Source of the DNA: Piedraia hortae CBS 480.64
Lineage: Eukaryota
NCBI GenBank assembly: GCA_010093745.1
Contig: MU005987.1
Location: 1 to 64,000, forward strand
Length of the DNA stretch: 64,000 nucleotides
Direction of reading: 5' to 3'
Made by a program: the position numbers and the translations under genes. Shown here piece after piece: positions 32,248 through 44,985 of this stretch (within the stretch, counting starts at the first letter, position 1; each line of letters starts with the position of its first letter). The notes beneath the pieces were generated by a model. The model was not told the origin of the DNA, ran no database searches, and saw only the letters and a list, made by a program, of their open reading frames with translations.

Positions 32248-34013
32248 ATGGCTCCCTCCGACAACGCTCCCACCCACGACGCTCTGGCTGACGTGTTCGG
32301 CGACGAATATGCCTCCGACGCATCCGACGACTTTGACGAGAACCACGTTGCCGATGGCTACCGACCGCCGACCGCCGCGCGACAGTCCAGTCCCCGGGGC
32401 TCGATACGAAAGATGCCGCCGACGCAGCCATCGCTGAACAATCCCTTTGCTAGTCCCGAGGATGACAGCGACTATGGAAGGCGAACGGGAGCCGCGGGAC
32501 CGAGCCATCCGTATGGATCCTACACCCAGGGGACGGATAGCTTGCAAGGCGCCGATTTTGATGAGTCAGTGGACGATATTCAACTGCAGATGCGAAGTCC
32601 GCGGAGAGCGGCCGACGAGGCTGAAATCATGCCCGTCGACGGCAGCGGCCACACAGAACAGCTGCCACCCTACTCGCGATATCCAGAGGAGGCACCCGAG
32701 AAGTTGCCGCTGCTCGTTGCGCCGCCGACCCTCCACTCCCGCGCCCCCGTCGCTGGCTCCGACCCGGGCATGCCGCTGATGCACACGCCTCTCCTCCCAC
32801 CTCGGCAGGTGCAGGAGGGAGGGAGGACGCCTGAGTCATCGCCAGCATCGCCAGCGCGAGAACGGACGCCGCCGCCGCCGCCGCCGCCGGCCTCAGAGAA
32901 GAACTGGCGAGACAAGAAGTGGAGGGACAAGACGTGGAAGGAGAAGCGTAAGACAAAGTTCTGCGGCATACCGCTCTGGTGGATTTTACTTTCGGTTGGC
33001 GTGTTCTTGTTCATCGTGATCGTCCTGGGAAGCGTCATCGGACCGTTTGAAGCTAACGAGCACGAACAGGCGAGCGAGTAAGTGACTGAGCTTGAGCCCC
33101 GATCAAACTAATAGTGTAACTCAGTTTTCAAAAGGGCTCATCGACTCTGTGGGATGCGAGCTCAATCTCTCCGCCGTCGACCATCGTTTTGGCCACGGGA
33201 ACCTATCTTCTAACCCTCTCCACGCCCCAGGAGGCTCAGTCGGGCTGTCTGACCGAGGCAGGGCAGCAATGTGCGTGGGACTGTAACATTGCCACGCCAG
33301 CTAACCAGACAAGTCCTCCCAGTCTAGGTATCTGGGTAGGGACCGGTCCTGATGGGGAGCTTGGCGCACAAATCAATACCCTCCCCAGGGTGGCGTTGAA
33401 AAACAACCTAACCTTCTATGGCACCCAGGTCCTCCAGATGTCAACTAGTTTCTCCAGACTGACCACAGTCAAAGACTTGGATGACTCCTCCAAAGGCACG
33501 GCCTACTACTGGTCCGCCTTTTGGGACAAGATCGTCACCGTGTCCGAGGCCGACTTTGATCCGTCCTCGATGAAACTAAACCGTCGCCAGGACCCGTCGG
33601 AGGCGGCGCCGGGCTCCAAGCCCTGGATATGCATCTGGAACAATACCTTTGTCGAGGGCTTCATCTATGCCGAACGGCCCATCTCGAATCTTCCCCCTAT
33701 GGCCACTTCCACGGGTCACCGCGCCCTCTTCAACGACCGCCATGTCGCCCAGCCGACGGCCATCTATCCCTATATAGTCAAAATCGAGGAGAAGCGTCTC
33801 TCGGGAAACACCGTCTCGCCGTACTGTCAGCAGTATCAGGTGCTGAACGATGGTAGGATAAACCCCGTTGGCGGACGCTACGGCAAGTCTGTCATTGTCA
33901 AGCTTGATGAGTACGATCCTGACCCGTATGCAAACCGGAGACAGAAGAGGTCAAAGTCGAAAGCCGACCCTGCGCTTTCATGTCATTGTCAGTGGACGTC
34001 TGGCTTGGGTTGA
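32248..34013 (+). CDS. Fungal single-pass membrane protein of unknown function (PPY motif in the N-terminal part, Cys-containing C-terminal domain)
   Basis: Two exons joined in frame by intron 33078-33124 (gtaagt..ctaat..ag); EQLPPYSRYPE, TM segment WWILLSVGVFLFIVIVLGSVIG, then KPWICIWNNTFVEGFIY, YPYIVKIEEKR and CHCQW. Confidence 0.75.
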
Positions 34014-34075
34014 TTTTTTATGTTTGATATCATGTTCTTACGACTATCGGTTTTTTTGCAGGTTTCTAGTAATGC

Positions 34076-35472
34076 TTAGGCATAGAAATTGACGGTATCC
34101 TTCTTCTTCGCCTGCACCTCGGCGATGGCATCAACGTAGTGTTCGTGGCTGATTTTGGTCCGGCCGCTGCGCAGCGCAATCATGCCGGCCTCAACGCACA
34201 CGGCTTTGAGCTGAGCGCCGCCAAACTCGTCTGTGCTGCGTGCCAGTTCCTCCCAGTTGACGCCGGCGTCGACCGTCATCTTGCGGCTGTGAATGCGAAG
34301 AATCTGAGCCCGCGCCTCTTCGTTGGGTAGCGGAAACTCGATCTTGCGGTCCAGACGACCTGAACGCAACAGGGCTGGGTCCAGCACGTCAACGCGATTC
34401 GTCGCAGCGAGGACCTTGATCCGCTCGTCGCTGGCGAATCCGTCTAGCTGATTCAGCAGCTCCAGCATCGTGCGCTGCACTTCGCGGTCACCGCTCTTCT
34501 CGCTATCAAATCGCTTGGTACCGATCGCGTCCAGCTCGTCAATGAAGATAATAGACGGCGCCTTCTCCTTGGCCAGAGCGAAGCAATCGCGCACCAGTTT
34601 CGCTCCGTCACCAATGAACATCTGCACCAGCTGCGGCCCCGCCAACTTCAGAAACGTCGCTTCCGTCTGTGCCGCGCACGCCCTCGCCAACAGCGTCTTG
34701 CCCGTTCCCGGCGGACCGAACATGAGTGCACCTTAAAACGTCAGCATTCAACCCTCCCAAAGTCCGCATTGATGAACCAACCCTTCGGCGCCTTGATCCC
34801 AATCTTCGTGAACCGCTCCGCCTCCTTCATAGGCCACACAATCGCCTCCACCAGCTCCTCAATCTGCTTATCCAGCCCCCCAACATCCGTATACTTCTCC
34901 GTCGGCTTCTCATCCACCTCCATAGCCTTAACGCGACTATCATACTCCGCCGGCAAGGTATCGAGAATCAAATACGAATCCTTATTAACCCCAATCAAAT
35001 CCCCCGGTTTCAGCTTCTCGTGATCCACAAGCCCAATCAACGGCAAAAAAATCGTTTGTCGTGTACTCGTCTTGACCACCGCACTCTTACCCACCCTCGT
35101 CGCATCAAGGTCTATATTCGCCCCCTCCTCTGCTGCTTCAGCCGCGACATCCAAGTCTAACATCTCAACTACATTACCCACGAGGTAGGGCAGTTGTCTG
35201 TTATTATCGATTTTCTCTTCGTTGTCTTTGATTTTGTCGAGCATTGTTTGTTTCTCGTGGGTTAGACGTTGGAATTCGCTTTTCATGATTCGGAGGTCGT
35301 TTTCGAGGAGGCGGCGGCGCGCGGTTATGTCGCGGGTGCTGGAGGTGAGGATTTCGGCATCGAGGGCCTCGTCGTCGGATGCATCTTTCATTTCGGCATC
35401 GGGTTTGGGTTGGGATTCGGAGGGGTTGGAGCCCTCTCGCGCCATGTCGTCGAGGTCTTCGAGCGTGGACAT
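34076..35472 (-). CDS. RPT5: 26S proteasome regulatory AAA-ATPase subunit 6A
   Basis: MSTLEDL..., [13 protein letters not shown], Walker [38 protein letters not shown]; intron 34732-34781. Confidence 0.97.
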
Positions 35473-36759
35473 TGCGTATGGAGTGGTGGGTGGAAGTTGA
35501 CAAATATTGGGCTTGATGGTGGAGGGTGAGGTGAGGTCTTGCGGGTCGGGCCGTGGCATTTGGGTGGTTTGGGTTAGTGGATGGAACCCTATCCCCACCA
35601 CTGCGGGCTCTGAAGTTTAAATGGCACACACAAAGTGATAAACGTACTTTTTGGGAATGCGCATTGAGAATCCATACGATGTATTTTCATGCTTTTCGCA
35701 TAAAGAGCCAGGTTGCTGTTTGTTCCAAATGTGTTGGGGTCCCACGAAGTCCCGTTTCACCTCGCAGCCTAAAGATACCGCAAGTGGGCTGGGCTGTTAC
35801 GCTTGGTCAGTCTGATAGCCATTCAGCTCGAAAACCACTGTCCGTACTTCGTGAATTGGGGGGCTCAGACAACGTGCTTTGGATGATCTGATGAAATGCG
35901 TACAAGTAAGTGCTCATCATCTTCTTTTAAAAATCAAAGTGTGCTTTCGTTCCGGTATTTGGGAGTGAGAGCAGTTTGGCACGCAATGTCTGAGCCTACG
36001 GAGCATAGACTTTCGATAGTCCTGTAAGGAGATCGGGGAGGGGCTCATTCGAAACTTACTGATTGTCTTCGAGGGAAGACATTGCGCTAAAGGGCTGTAC
36101 GCCATTGTTTTCTGTGAAGGGTTTTCAGGAGTGAGCGATGTTGAATGGGATACTGAGGTCTACTTAAGAAACAAGCAAAAAGTACAGGAACGATGGTGAA
36201 TGACGTCCACTAAAAACGAGAAGTGTGGGGTATTCCGCTGTGCCAAGACTGCCCCACCTCTTGTGGGGGCACGCTCCTGCCATTTTGCATTCACAAATTT
36301 CTTTGCTCTCCTTGGACATTAATCACAAAACCACAACTGCCTGATCCTTAATGATAAAACCCACATCACTAAGAGGACTTCATGGGGCCCGACAGAGACG
36401 TCATGTCTATGCAATGCAAGCGCGTGCCGGAACCTGATGCGTCCGCATGCAGTCAAGTCGATCCTCCGAGGAAACTTGGCACCCGGAGTGCCTCTATAAT
36501 GGACCGCGCTTCAATATTGCCTTATCTGCATACAGGCTTTCGAGAAAACGGAAGACATTCGGGCCTTTCGTGTGGATCAAGCGCCCGAAAAGCATGCCAA
36601 AAGCGGTGAATGCCACGTCCCTAATGTGGCAAAACACTCTTAAACTTATTTTACGATACCGCTGACACGCCCGCAAATCCTGAGATTTGTAAGGGCACAT
36701 ATGAAGTTGGATTCGTAATTTGGTTTCGTGATGTGGGTGTCATGATCACAGCGACCCAG

Positions 36760-37260
36760 CTGGCAGACGTCTTCCTCTGCGAAGAGCAGTGCCGCGTGCT
36801 CGAACTCGTGGTCAAGGAGAGGAAAAACGTCTTCTTCACCGGCGGTGCGATAACCCGTTTGGCGGGATAGCTAGTGCTCGCCGGCGACTTCCTTCAGCCC
36901 CCTCCCATCGCGGAGAAGGAAATGGTCGCCAAGTTCGCCTTTAAGGCGGCCACGTGGGGTGCCGCTATCCAGCGCGCCGTCGTCCTGCGCAAGGTCCTTA
37001 GGCAGACTGGCCAGGGTCTCGCGATCATGCTGAACGTGGTCCGCGAGGCAAACACGTCTCCGGAGACGAAGAAGGCGCTCCGCGGGCTCTCGCGCGGCGT
37101 CGACTGCGGAGATGGACCGGAACCGACCCTGCTGTTTCCGACGCGCGACGTGGTCGATTGGGTGAACGGCAAATGCATGAACGCGTTGCCCAGCAACACC
37201 GTTTCGTACGAGACGTAGGACGGCGGCAGTATTGATAGCAATAGGCGGCCCAAGATGCTC
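36760..37260 (+). pseudogene. Pif1-family DNA helicase fragment with an internal deletion
   Basis: VFLCEEQCRVLELVVKERKNVFFTGGA runs directly into PFGGI*LVLAGDFLQPPPI..FAFKAATW...LRKVLRQ...LNVVR...PTLLFPTRDVVDWVN. The Walker A GKS and motif II are missing. Confidence 0.75.
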
Positions 37261-38152
37261 GGAGATTGAGTGATGTACGACAAGTTGTCATCAGCATTTG
37301 CTATACAGAATTTTCCTTGTAAAGTCTTTATCTTCGGGCCGAGGAATGGCACCGATACTTCTCATCAACATGGGGCTCGCCCCCGCAGCAAAAAAAGACT
37401 ATCGTAGAGGCTGGCAAATAAGAAATGTTAATTTGCATGTAAATTTGGATCTGGGGGTGCAACATTGCGAAAATTCGCAGGAAATTTGCATGATGATGCT
37501 TAACACTATCATAGCGCAAAACTTGATGTTGTTAGGATGCCATCGATCTCAAGTGTAAGCTACAGTAGTACCTGCGAAGGAGCCTCTAATGATGATGAAC
37601 AAGTACGTGGCTTGGGTACTTTTTCCCTCTGGCTACCCATTGGAGTCGAACATCATGGAGCCGCTCTTGAACTTTCTATTCAACTTCGCTCCACCGCAGC
37701 AACTTTTGCTCGAGCAACAGTCTCGTTACACTGATGCTCGTGGTGTTGCCCCACGCTACCATTTTAGCGAGCGTCGACTGTAGCAATTCTCAAAACCTAT
37801 TGCATGCAAGATGAGACCACTCTGTGCATGACCCAAAGTCAGCTTGTCGGAGGGGTAAACTTCCGAGGACTAAAGCGGAACGTATATCAACGACAAATGT
37901 GTGCACTCAATTTTGACCAAAAGGTGAATGTAGATGTCTATCTCTATGTGAGATGAGGTTCGAAACCTTCTCCACACTACCTCCGTCTAACCGCATTCGC
38001 CAGGACAACGTCAGCGAACCATGCCCTTAAGCATGAACGAGACAATTACCCGTCTGAGGGAAAACTTCCTCTATAGAGGTAAAAACCCTGAGAAATTCGA
38101 CTTCCATCTAAGGTTCTGGTCATGGTGGGTGCCATATCCTTCTGATACAGCT

Positions 38153-39900
38153 TTAAAACTTCCTCCAAACAAGCTTAATGCCAGATGAAACCGCCCGGTA
38201 CCCGGCCCAAACCCAACTTTCAGAATTCCTCCACACAGGCGCAATGTGATTAGTAGCCACCCAGTGCCCGACGAACATCACAAAGGCAATCAAGCTGCTA
38301 CACGTGATGATAAATTTACCGATTTTGAAAGGTCTTAATGTAGGGATTGGTGCAGCCATTACAATGGCGCAACTGAAGATAATGCCATAATAAGTGAGCC
38401 AGGGCTGGAGGGGAGCCGTATATAAGCGACATGGTGTATTGATCTCGCAGGGCGGGTGAAGTTGGCGAAATTTGAGGCATGATAGGCCTATACATACCCT
38501 GATCGTGTTAGTAAAGACAAAGCATGGGGTGTGATACGCTTACCAACATACGAGCGTTGCCACGCTGGTGAGGCCTTGTAAAAATACTGATGCATAAGTT
38601 AGCCCGCCGTGAATCAAGAGGCCCATGGTTGAACCAATCCCAACGAATACGGTCACGAGTCCAGCGGTATGTGAGGCGTTTCATTTCGAAAATTGTGCGG
38701 GCCTCATCAATAAAAAGTCGTTTAACCAAGTTGAATGCGCATTCGCCGTTTGAAAATCCGATCAGTATTCTTATAGCGCTGTAAAAGCTTGAGTTAGCAG
38801 CTGAGACGATGACATAGAACACGAGAACGCTTGCTGTATAGGGAAGCACGGCGGCGTCGAAAAAGACTGAGAAATTCGTGCTTTGAAGAACGTCATTGTC
38901 GTAGGGAACCAAAATCCCCAACAGGAACACAGTGCCCACAAAGATGACAAAGATGACAGGATGACAAAGATGACAAAGATGACAAAGATGACAAAGATGA
39001 AAAAGATGACAAAGATGACAAAGATGACAAAGATGACAAAGATGATAAAGATGACAAAGATGACAAAGATGACAAAGATAACAAAGAGGATCTTTCTGGT
39101 CGTTGAAGGGATCAGTTTGTAAGGAAGGTCATTAGCTTTGCCCATTGCGATTGCTTCCAAATCAGTTCCCTGGAAAGGAAAGGCAGTGATTCCCAAAGCA
39201 TTAAGAAATCCATAGAACTTTTCGGAAACAAGATCTTCGTTATCTTCCATATATGGGGCAAAGGCACCAGGATCCACCCAAGTGCGAAAACTCGTCTTCC
39301 CATCAGGTCCTGTGCCGGCGCGATACAAATTGTGTAAATCAAAAGACCAAGGAGAATGAAAAGACAGATAGTATGTACGAGTGAGAACGATGGATGGAGA
39401 GTAGAGGTGTGTTTATGAGTGAATACAAGTATATCTACGATGGAACATCAGAGAATATATCCTGGGCTGGAAGGCCCGTGCGTAGCCTTGTATGAAGAGT
39501 CATCGATTGTATGACCGTAAGCAAGTGGTTATACATGCAGTAAGACTGTCAGCATGCAGTCTTACTCCATGACTCACCTCAAACAGTAGCAGGGCGCATT
39601 CACCATGTCGCATGCGACATGACCCTGAGGGAAACCTCGGTGAGGACAAAATCTAAGGTGCAGCTGCTGGTGTAAAAGGTGTTGCGCAGCGGCATCGTAC
39701 ACTAATAGCAACGAGACTTCATGCCAACAGAGAATCACGACCTTCAGGCCAGTAAACAGAACCTCAAGCAGGCCGAAGACAGACACCTGGAACAGTCCGA
39801 CCACGAAGCAGACCAGTGCGGAGACAACAGCCGGTAAGACTTTTCAGGAACGTTGGCTATATAGCATCCAGTAGCCGGCTACCACGCCTGCCGTGGAACG
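38153..39900 (-). pseudogene. Amino-acid permease (APC/YAT family) pseudogene
   Basis: Fragments FGLLEVLFTGLKVV, SFRTWVDPGAF, AFPFQGTDL..IAMG, LGILVPYDND.L, VSAANSSFYSA.RIL, YTAPLQPW and GYRAV; several frameshifts and stops. Confidence 0.75.
38940..39082. repeat. 9-bp tandem repeat (AAAGATGAC) x16
   Basis: Sixteen near-perfect units; one unit (38958-38965) is only 8 bp. Confidence 0.95.
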
Positions 39901-42367
39901 TTCAACAAAAAAGGTTACAGCCTAAGAAAGATACTAGATCCAGCTCACTGAGAATCCGAGAGACAGGCCAGCGAATTCGGTCGCATAAACCGTCAATGTG
40001 TCGGGGTGTGCTTGTAAGCAACAATCCCGCCTACCACAACTTTCATGGCTTATGCCAGTATTCTGACAAATGCGTAAGCGATAAAGGCACTTGCGGGACC
40101 AGTGGCAGCTAACACTTGGCCGGTGGTATAAAAGCGCCCAGTCCCGACTGCACCTCCAAGCGCAATCACTTGCTTATGTCGCGAGATTAACCCTTTTTGG
40201 AGTCTCGATCGTTCCCTCGCTAGCCTGGCCTTGCCGCTCAGTGTCGGCTTAATGCCGATTTAGCATTAAATAGCTAGAGAACAAGATCAGGCCCAGCTCG
40301 GCTTAGATATAGAGTGGCTGAGGCTAAATGCATGTTGCATGGAAATTAGAGACTGCAGCTCCTCAATCGCAATTCCGGACTGTCCATTCGATAATTGCGC
40401 AGTGTGGCTAACAATTTTTAAATCGCATCTCGCTTAGTGAAAGCCATCAGAGCCACAACCGTTTGATGGGAAAAGAATTAGAACGGGCAAATGACTTGGT
40501 GGATGAGCATGTATCGTTGTCCCTAGCTTAACCATACCGCAGGGGTATGGCTGTCATTTGAAGGTTCTCGACTTTCTCTGTTGTTGGACTACGAATTCAA
40601 ACCGGTTCAGTTGGACCTTTCCTGAGTCTCATCTACAGCACGTGGGTACAGTTTCGTACAGACTCCAATCGAATGGAAGCCCGAAGAATAGAGATGATGG
40701 TCCACGCAATCAAAGACTATTCAGGAGAGAAAAAACCTTCCCATTTGGATGAATAGCCAACATGAGGTTGTGTAACACGGGTAACTATGCGGGGCAGCAT
40801 GTGATTGAACGATTACCACTCTTGGTGTAGGTAAACACGTATGGATTCCGCAAGCTTTATGTATCTGGAAGCCCCCTCCGACATCCAAATGAATCACCAC
40901 AACATCATACTGCTCACACTACACATGTACAATCACTTGTTCCAGCTGTGTACATGACTGTATGATAGCTTTTGCTAATTTCCACACCTACTCAAGATGA
41001 TGATGATGATGATGATATAGAAAAACATGGGTCAAAGCGAAGTTTTCGAAGCCTCTAGCTCTGGCCTGGAGTGGAATTTTACTCGTGGCATCGTAGTCAT
41101 GTGAGTGCTCATTGAGGGATCCATATAGCACAGTAATTGATTTAATATTATTAATTTCCACACACAGACCGTAGGCTGAATGTAACGGTCCGCTGTAGAA
41201 CCATTCCCTGGCACCACCATGGCTCTCTGGCGGACTATAACCAATAGCCGCCAGTCTCAACCCTACGCATTGTGCAAGTCGGCCCCATCTGCCTTGCTAT
41301 GCAGCTAGTGCCAATCATATATGATTTATTCTCACAATTTGATTCAAATATTCAACCCGAAAGAAAAAGCCAGACGTGAGAAAGTGAATTGGGAAGCCAA
41401 GACTTTCTCGGAAACACCAGCAAGGGAGTCCCTGTCTCTTGCACGTGACCACACCTTGCTCTGACACAAACTCCTAAGACGCGAAGTCTGGGTCAAAAGG
41501 CGTGTGTGAGTGTTTACGTCTCTACGTGCTGAGAGCTAACGCAAAGTCCTCCACAAGCCCACAGTTGGTCAGACCGCACTTGTTGAGACCACGCAACGAC
41601 GTGACCTTGTTGCAGGGGAAAACTTCTCTATGAGGCAGAAAACCCTGCGAAGCCTCGGGCGTTCTAACTACCACCGATCTACCTCATCTGACACAGAGCT
41701 CATCGTGCTATCTACCACAGATCACTTATGACTTATTTTCCACACCCACTCACCCTTGGTATCGATGTTATCCACTTCTTCACTACGGCGGCATCAATAT
41801 CACTTACATCCCGAACCCATGCCCAGAAGCCGAACTGACTAGCTCGGCACAAATAGGCTGCCAATAACCCCTTAACATAGAATAAGCCACCAAGTCCAAT
41901 CAATTCCCGTCCTACTCCATATCATTCATCCTCCAATCGACGTAGACGATTCGAACCGACTACACCAGTTATCAGAAAAAAGAGAGCCTAAATATCCCGC
42001 ACACCCGATTCAAACCCCCTTACTCTCGATATCGTAGCCATCCTTATTCACCCTATTCATCACACTCCCCCATATCACAACATCACCCCTTCTCCCACTA
42101 ACTCACACACACAGACATTCCAAACAATCTACCCACCCCCAAGGGAAACCAAAAAACAATCATTCATCACACACGACCTCCAGTCAATCACCATGAAACT
42201 AATACCCTACTTTCGATGCACATGCCCCACAAAAAAAAAAAAAAAAGAAAAAGAAAAAGAAAAAGAAACATATCCGCATAACAAACAATATCCCATGCCC
42301 CGCCGCATTTTGCTCATTCCAACCCCATCAAACAAAAAATTCCCCCCGAATCAAACGTACTACAGAA

Positions 42368-44697
42368 TCAAACATCTTCCACCCCATGTTCTCTCTGCAA
42401 CGGCGTCGGTAAATTGCTATAATTCTGATACGTGTTTCCAGCCTGCCAACCCTCCTGGAGGGTTCGATCCTCGAGCACTTTGATGACGTTTCGGTCGCTG
42501 TTTCCGACGCGGGTGGCGCGCGACATTCGCCTCCGGCCTCCAATGTTTCCGATTTCGGATGTTTCGCCGGATTGGGGCGGGGGGTAGTATGCCGGTGAGG
42601 GCTGGAGGCGGATGGGAGCGTTGGGGTCGAGGTGACTTACGACTCTTTGGAGGGCGGGGGGAATGCCGTTGGAGACGCCGTTAGCGTCGAGCGTGTTGGC
42701 TCTTTGCCGCCCGCTGCTGCTGGAGCCGAGAGTGTTGGGTGCGGGGTTGGCGTATAAGTTCGGGAATGGGACTGGTGGTTGAACCATGGGGAGGGCCTGG
42801 CCGTAGGGGGACTGGTACATTGATGAGGGCCCTGCGGAGGGGACGGGCGTGTACATGTTTGGTGTGTAGGGCAAGTTGTTGGGCTGGTAGGCTTGGGATT
42901 GTTGATGCTCGCGTTGACGGGAGAGGGCCTCGGCTTGCTGTTGCTGCTGCACACCAGGCGCAGGAGACCGCGATGTGGGTGTTTTGAGTCCCATTTGCGG
43001 CTGGAAAGGTCCATTGTATTTTTGCTGGGTTATGAATGGGTGAGTGCGCGCCTGTTGCGGAGACCATCGCTCAAGCGGGTTCAGATTGAGTAGGCCGTGC
43101 ACAAAGTCTATGAAGGCTTCTCGGTTGGCCATTTCTACATCATTGTCAGTTGGCTTCTCTGAAATGCAGTCAGACGCTCACCTCTATCCATCTCGCTCTG
43201 CTTCATGCCTTTGCGGGGCATCGGGTAGGTTCTGATAATATCTGGCAGACGTGAGGCTTGAAAATACTTCTTGCTGGGCTGCTCCTTGGTGTTATGCTCC
43301 CGGGCATACTGTTCCATCGACTTGAGTCTGAACGTTCTACGTCCGAATTCGTCTAGTGTTTTCTCATAAAAATCGGCTGACTGTTTGCCCATCTCCAACA
43401 TCCAGCGAGGCGGCAGGCCTAGCATTTCGTTTATGCGCGACACCTGGTTATATTCCGACGAGCCCGGAAATAGGGGCAGGCCGAGAAAGAGCTCAACAAC
43501 GATGCAGCCTAGTGACCACATATCGATTGCGGCGGAGTACGGAAGACCCAAAAGGACTTCAGGAGAGCGATAGAAGCGTGACTGAATGTAAGTATAAACA
43601 GTCTGCCGCTCGTCACACGCCGAGCCAAAGTCGATAATCTTTATAATTGGGCTCTCAAGATTCTTCAGCAAAATGTTCTCGGGCTTCAGGTCACAGTGGA
43701 TGAGACGAGCCTTGCTAAGCAGACACAGCCCGTTAAGCAGCTGCTGGGCAAAGACGCGCACCAGAGTTGTGCTGAGGCCACGGAACTGGTTCTGCTTGAC
43801 AAGCTCATACAGGTTCACGCTGAGCAGCTCAAAGACGAGGCACAGATGCTGTTTATGGATAAAAGTGTCCTTGAGACGCAGGATGTGGTGGTCGTCGTTT
43901 TTGTCCATGCGCGTGTTGAGCAAATCAAGCACAGAAACCTCCATCATACTCTGGTTAAAGTAGGCTGTCTTGTTCTTGACCACCTTGACCGCCACCACCT
44001 CGCCCGTCTTGAGATTCTGGCACTTTACCACCTGCCCAAACGTGCCCTGACCCAGCACGTCGAGGATGAGGTAGCGATTTTTGTGGTTGGTCTCCTCAGA
44101 ACCCAGGATATCGTTAACGTACAGAATGTAATCACTGTCCTCGTTGTCGTAGCCATCGTTGCGGACACCCTTGCTGGGCTTTGTCAGGACACGTCGCGGG
44201 TTGCGCGACGAAAGGTACTGAAACTGCGGGTTGCAAATGCGGTACGTCGCTGCCAGCTGCGTCGTGAGGCCCTGCAATGGGCCGACGAAGCCGCCCTCTG
44301 GATTGAGTCTGCGGAAAGCCGGCTGTGGGTTGATCGTTGGTTGGAGCTCCGCCACTGCATGGCAGCGGGAAAATCGCGGCACTCCGCTCCGCTCGCTCGG
44401 CGTCGTCCCTGATCGCGGCAGCTGCGGGAACGGCTGAACGGGCGAGATGGTCGTCTGGAGCGGTGACAGCGGAGCAAGGCCCGCACGAGACGGCGTTGCA
44501 GGGTAGTAGCGTGGCGGCCGGGACTGCTGCGGCGGAGGCGGCGCGTATGCCGTGTAGCCCGCGGCCGACGGCGGCTTGGAATGGTAGGGCGTGGTTGGGG
44601 AGGCCATCATGGGCGAATACCGCGCGGCCGCGCGCGAGGACACGTCGTCGTGTCGCGGCGCCTGGCGTTGGCGCGCTGAAGGGTCGGAGTCGTCCAT
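42368..44697 (-). CDS. YAK1: DYRK-family protein kinase Yak1
   Basis: NPRRVLTKPS...DNEDSDYILYVND, LGQGTFGQVVKC, HCDLKPEN, IDFGSAC..TVYTYIQSRFYRSPE; intron ~43135-43181. A branch/acceptor signal just upstream of the ATG suggests a further 5' exon. Confidence 0.93.
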
Positions 44698-44985
44698 GGC
44701 GCCGCTAAGGGACTGTCAGCGTCGCGTCCACGGCCTCGCGGGCCTAATCGAGGGGTCGTAAATGGCTCTGGGCGTGGTGGTCGACGTCGACGACTCTGCC
44801 TTAGGCATCTGAAATTTTCCGGGGTCGGCGAACGACGTGCCTGAGGCATTCTGGAGTTGCGTGAAGAGTTTCGTGACACGCGCCGGAGTGAACATGAAAC
44901 GTCATCTGTGGCACCCACCACAGAAGGCAATCATTATACCCACTCCACATTATAGGCCAATCTATAAGCCATTATAGGACAAGCA

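Noticed and set aside
36447..36665. Tc1-like transposase fragment (EETWHPECL...GPFVWI)
   Set aside because: Resemblance is too short and lacks catalytic motifs.
38940..39082. CRISPR-like array
   Set aside because: Contiguous 9-bp units with no spacers, in a eukaryotic context.
40988..41260. ORF ending in HHHHHHLE (His-tag or vector contamination)
   Set aside because: Explained by a (GAT)n microsatellite; no vector sequence nearby.
41945..42020. tRNA-like TTCGAA motifs
   Set aside because: No cloverleaf or correctly spaced A/B boxes could be built; no tRNA or rRNA gene was recognised in the window.
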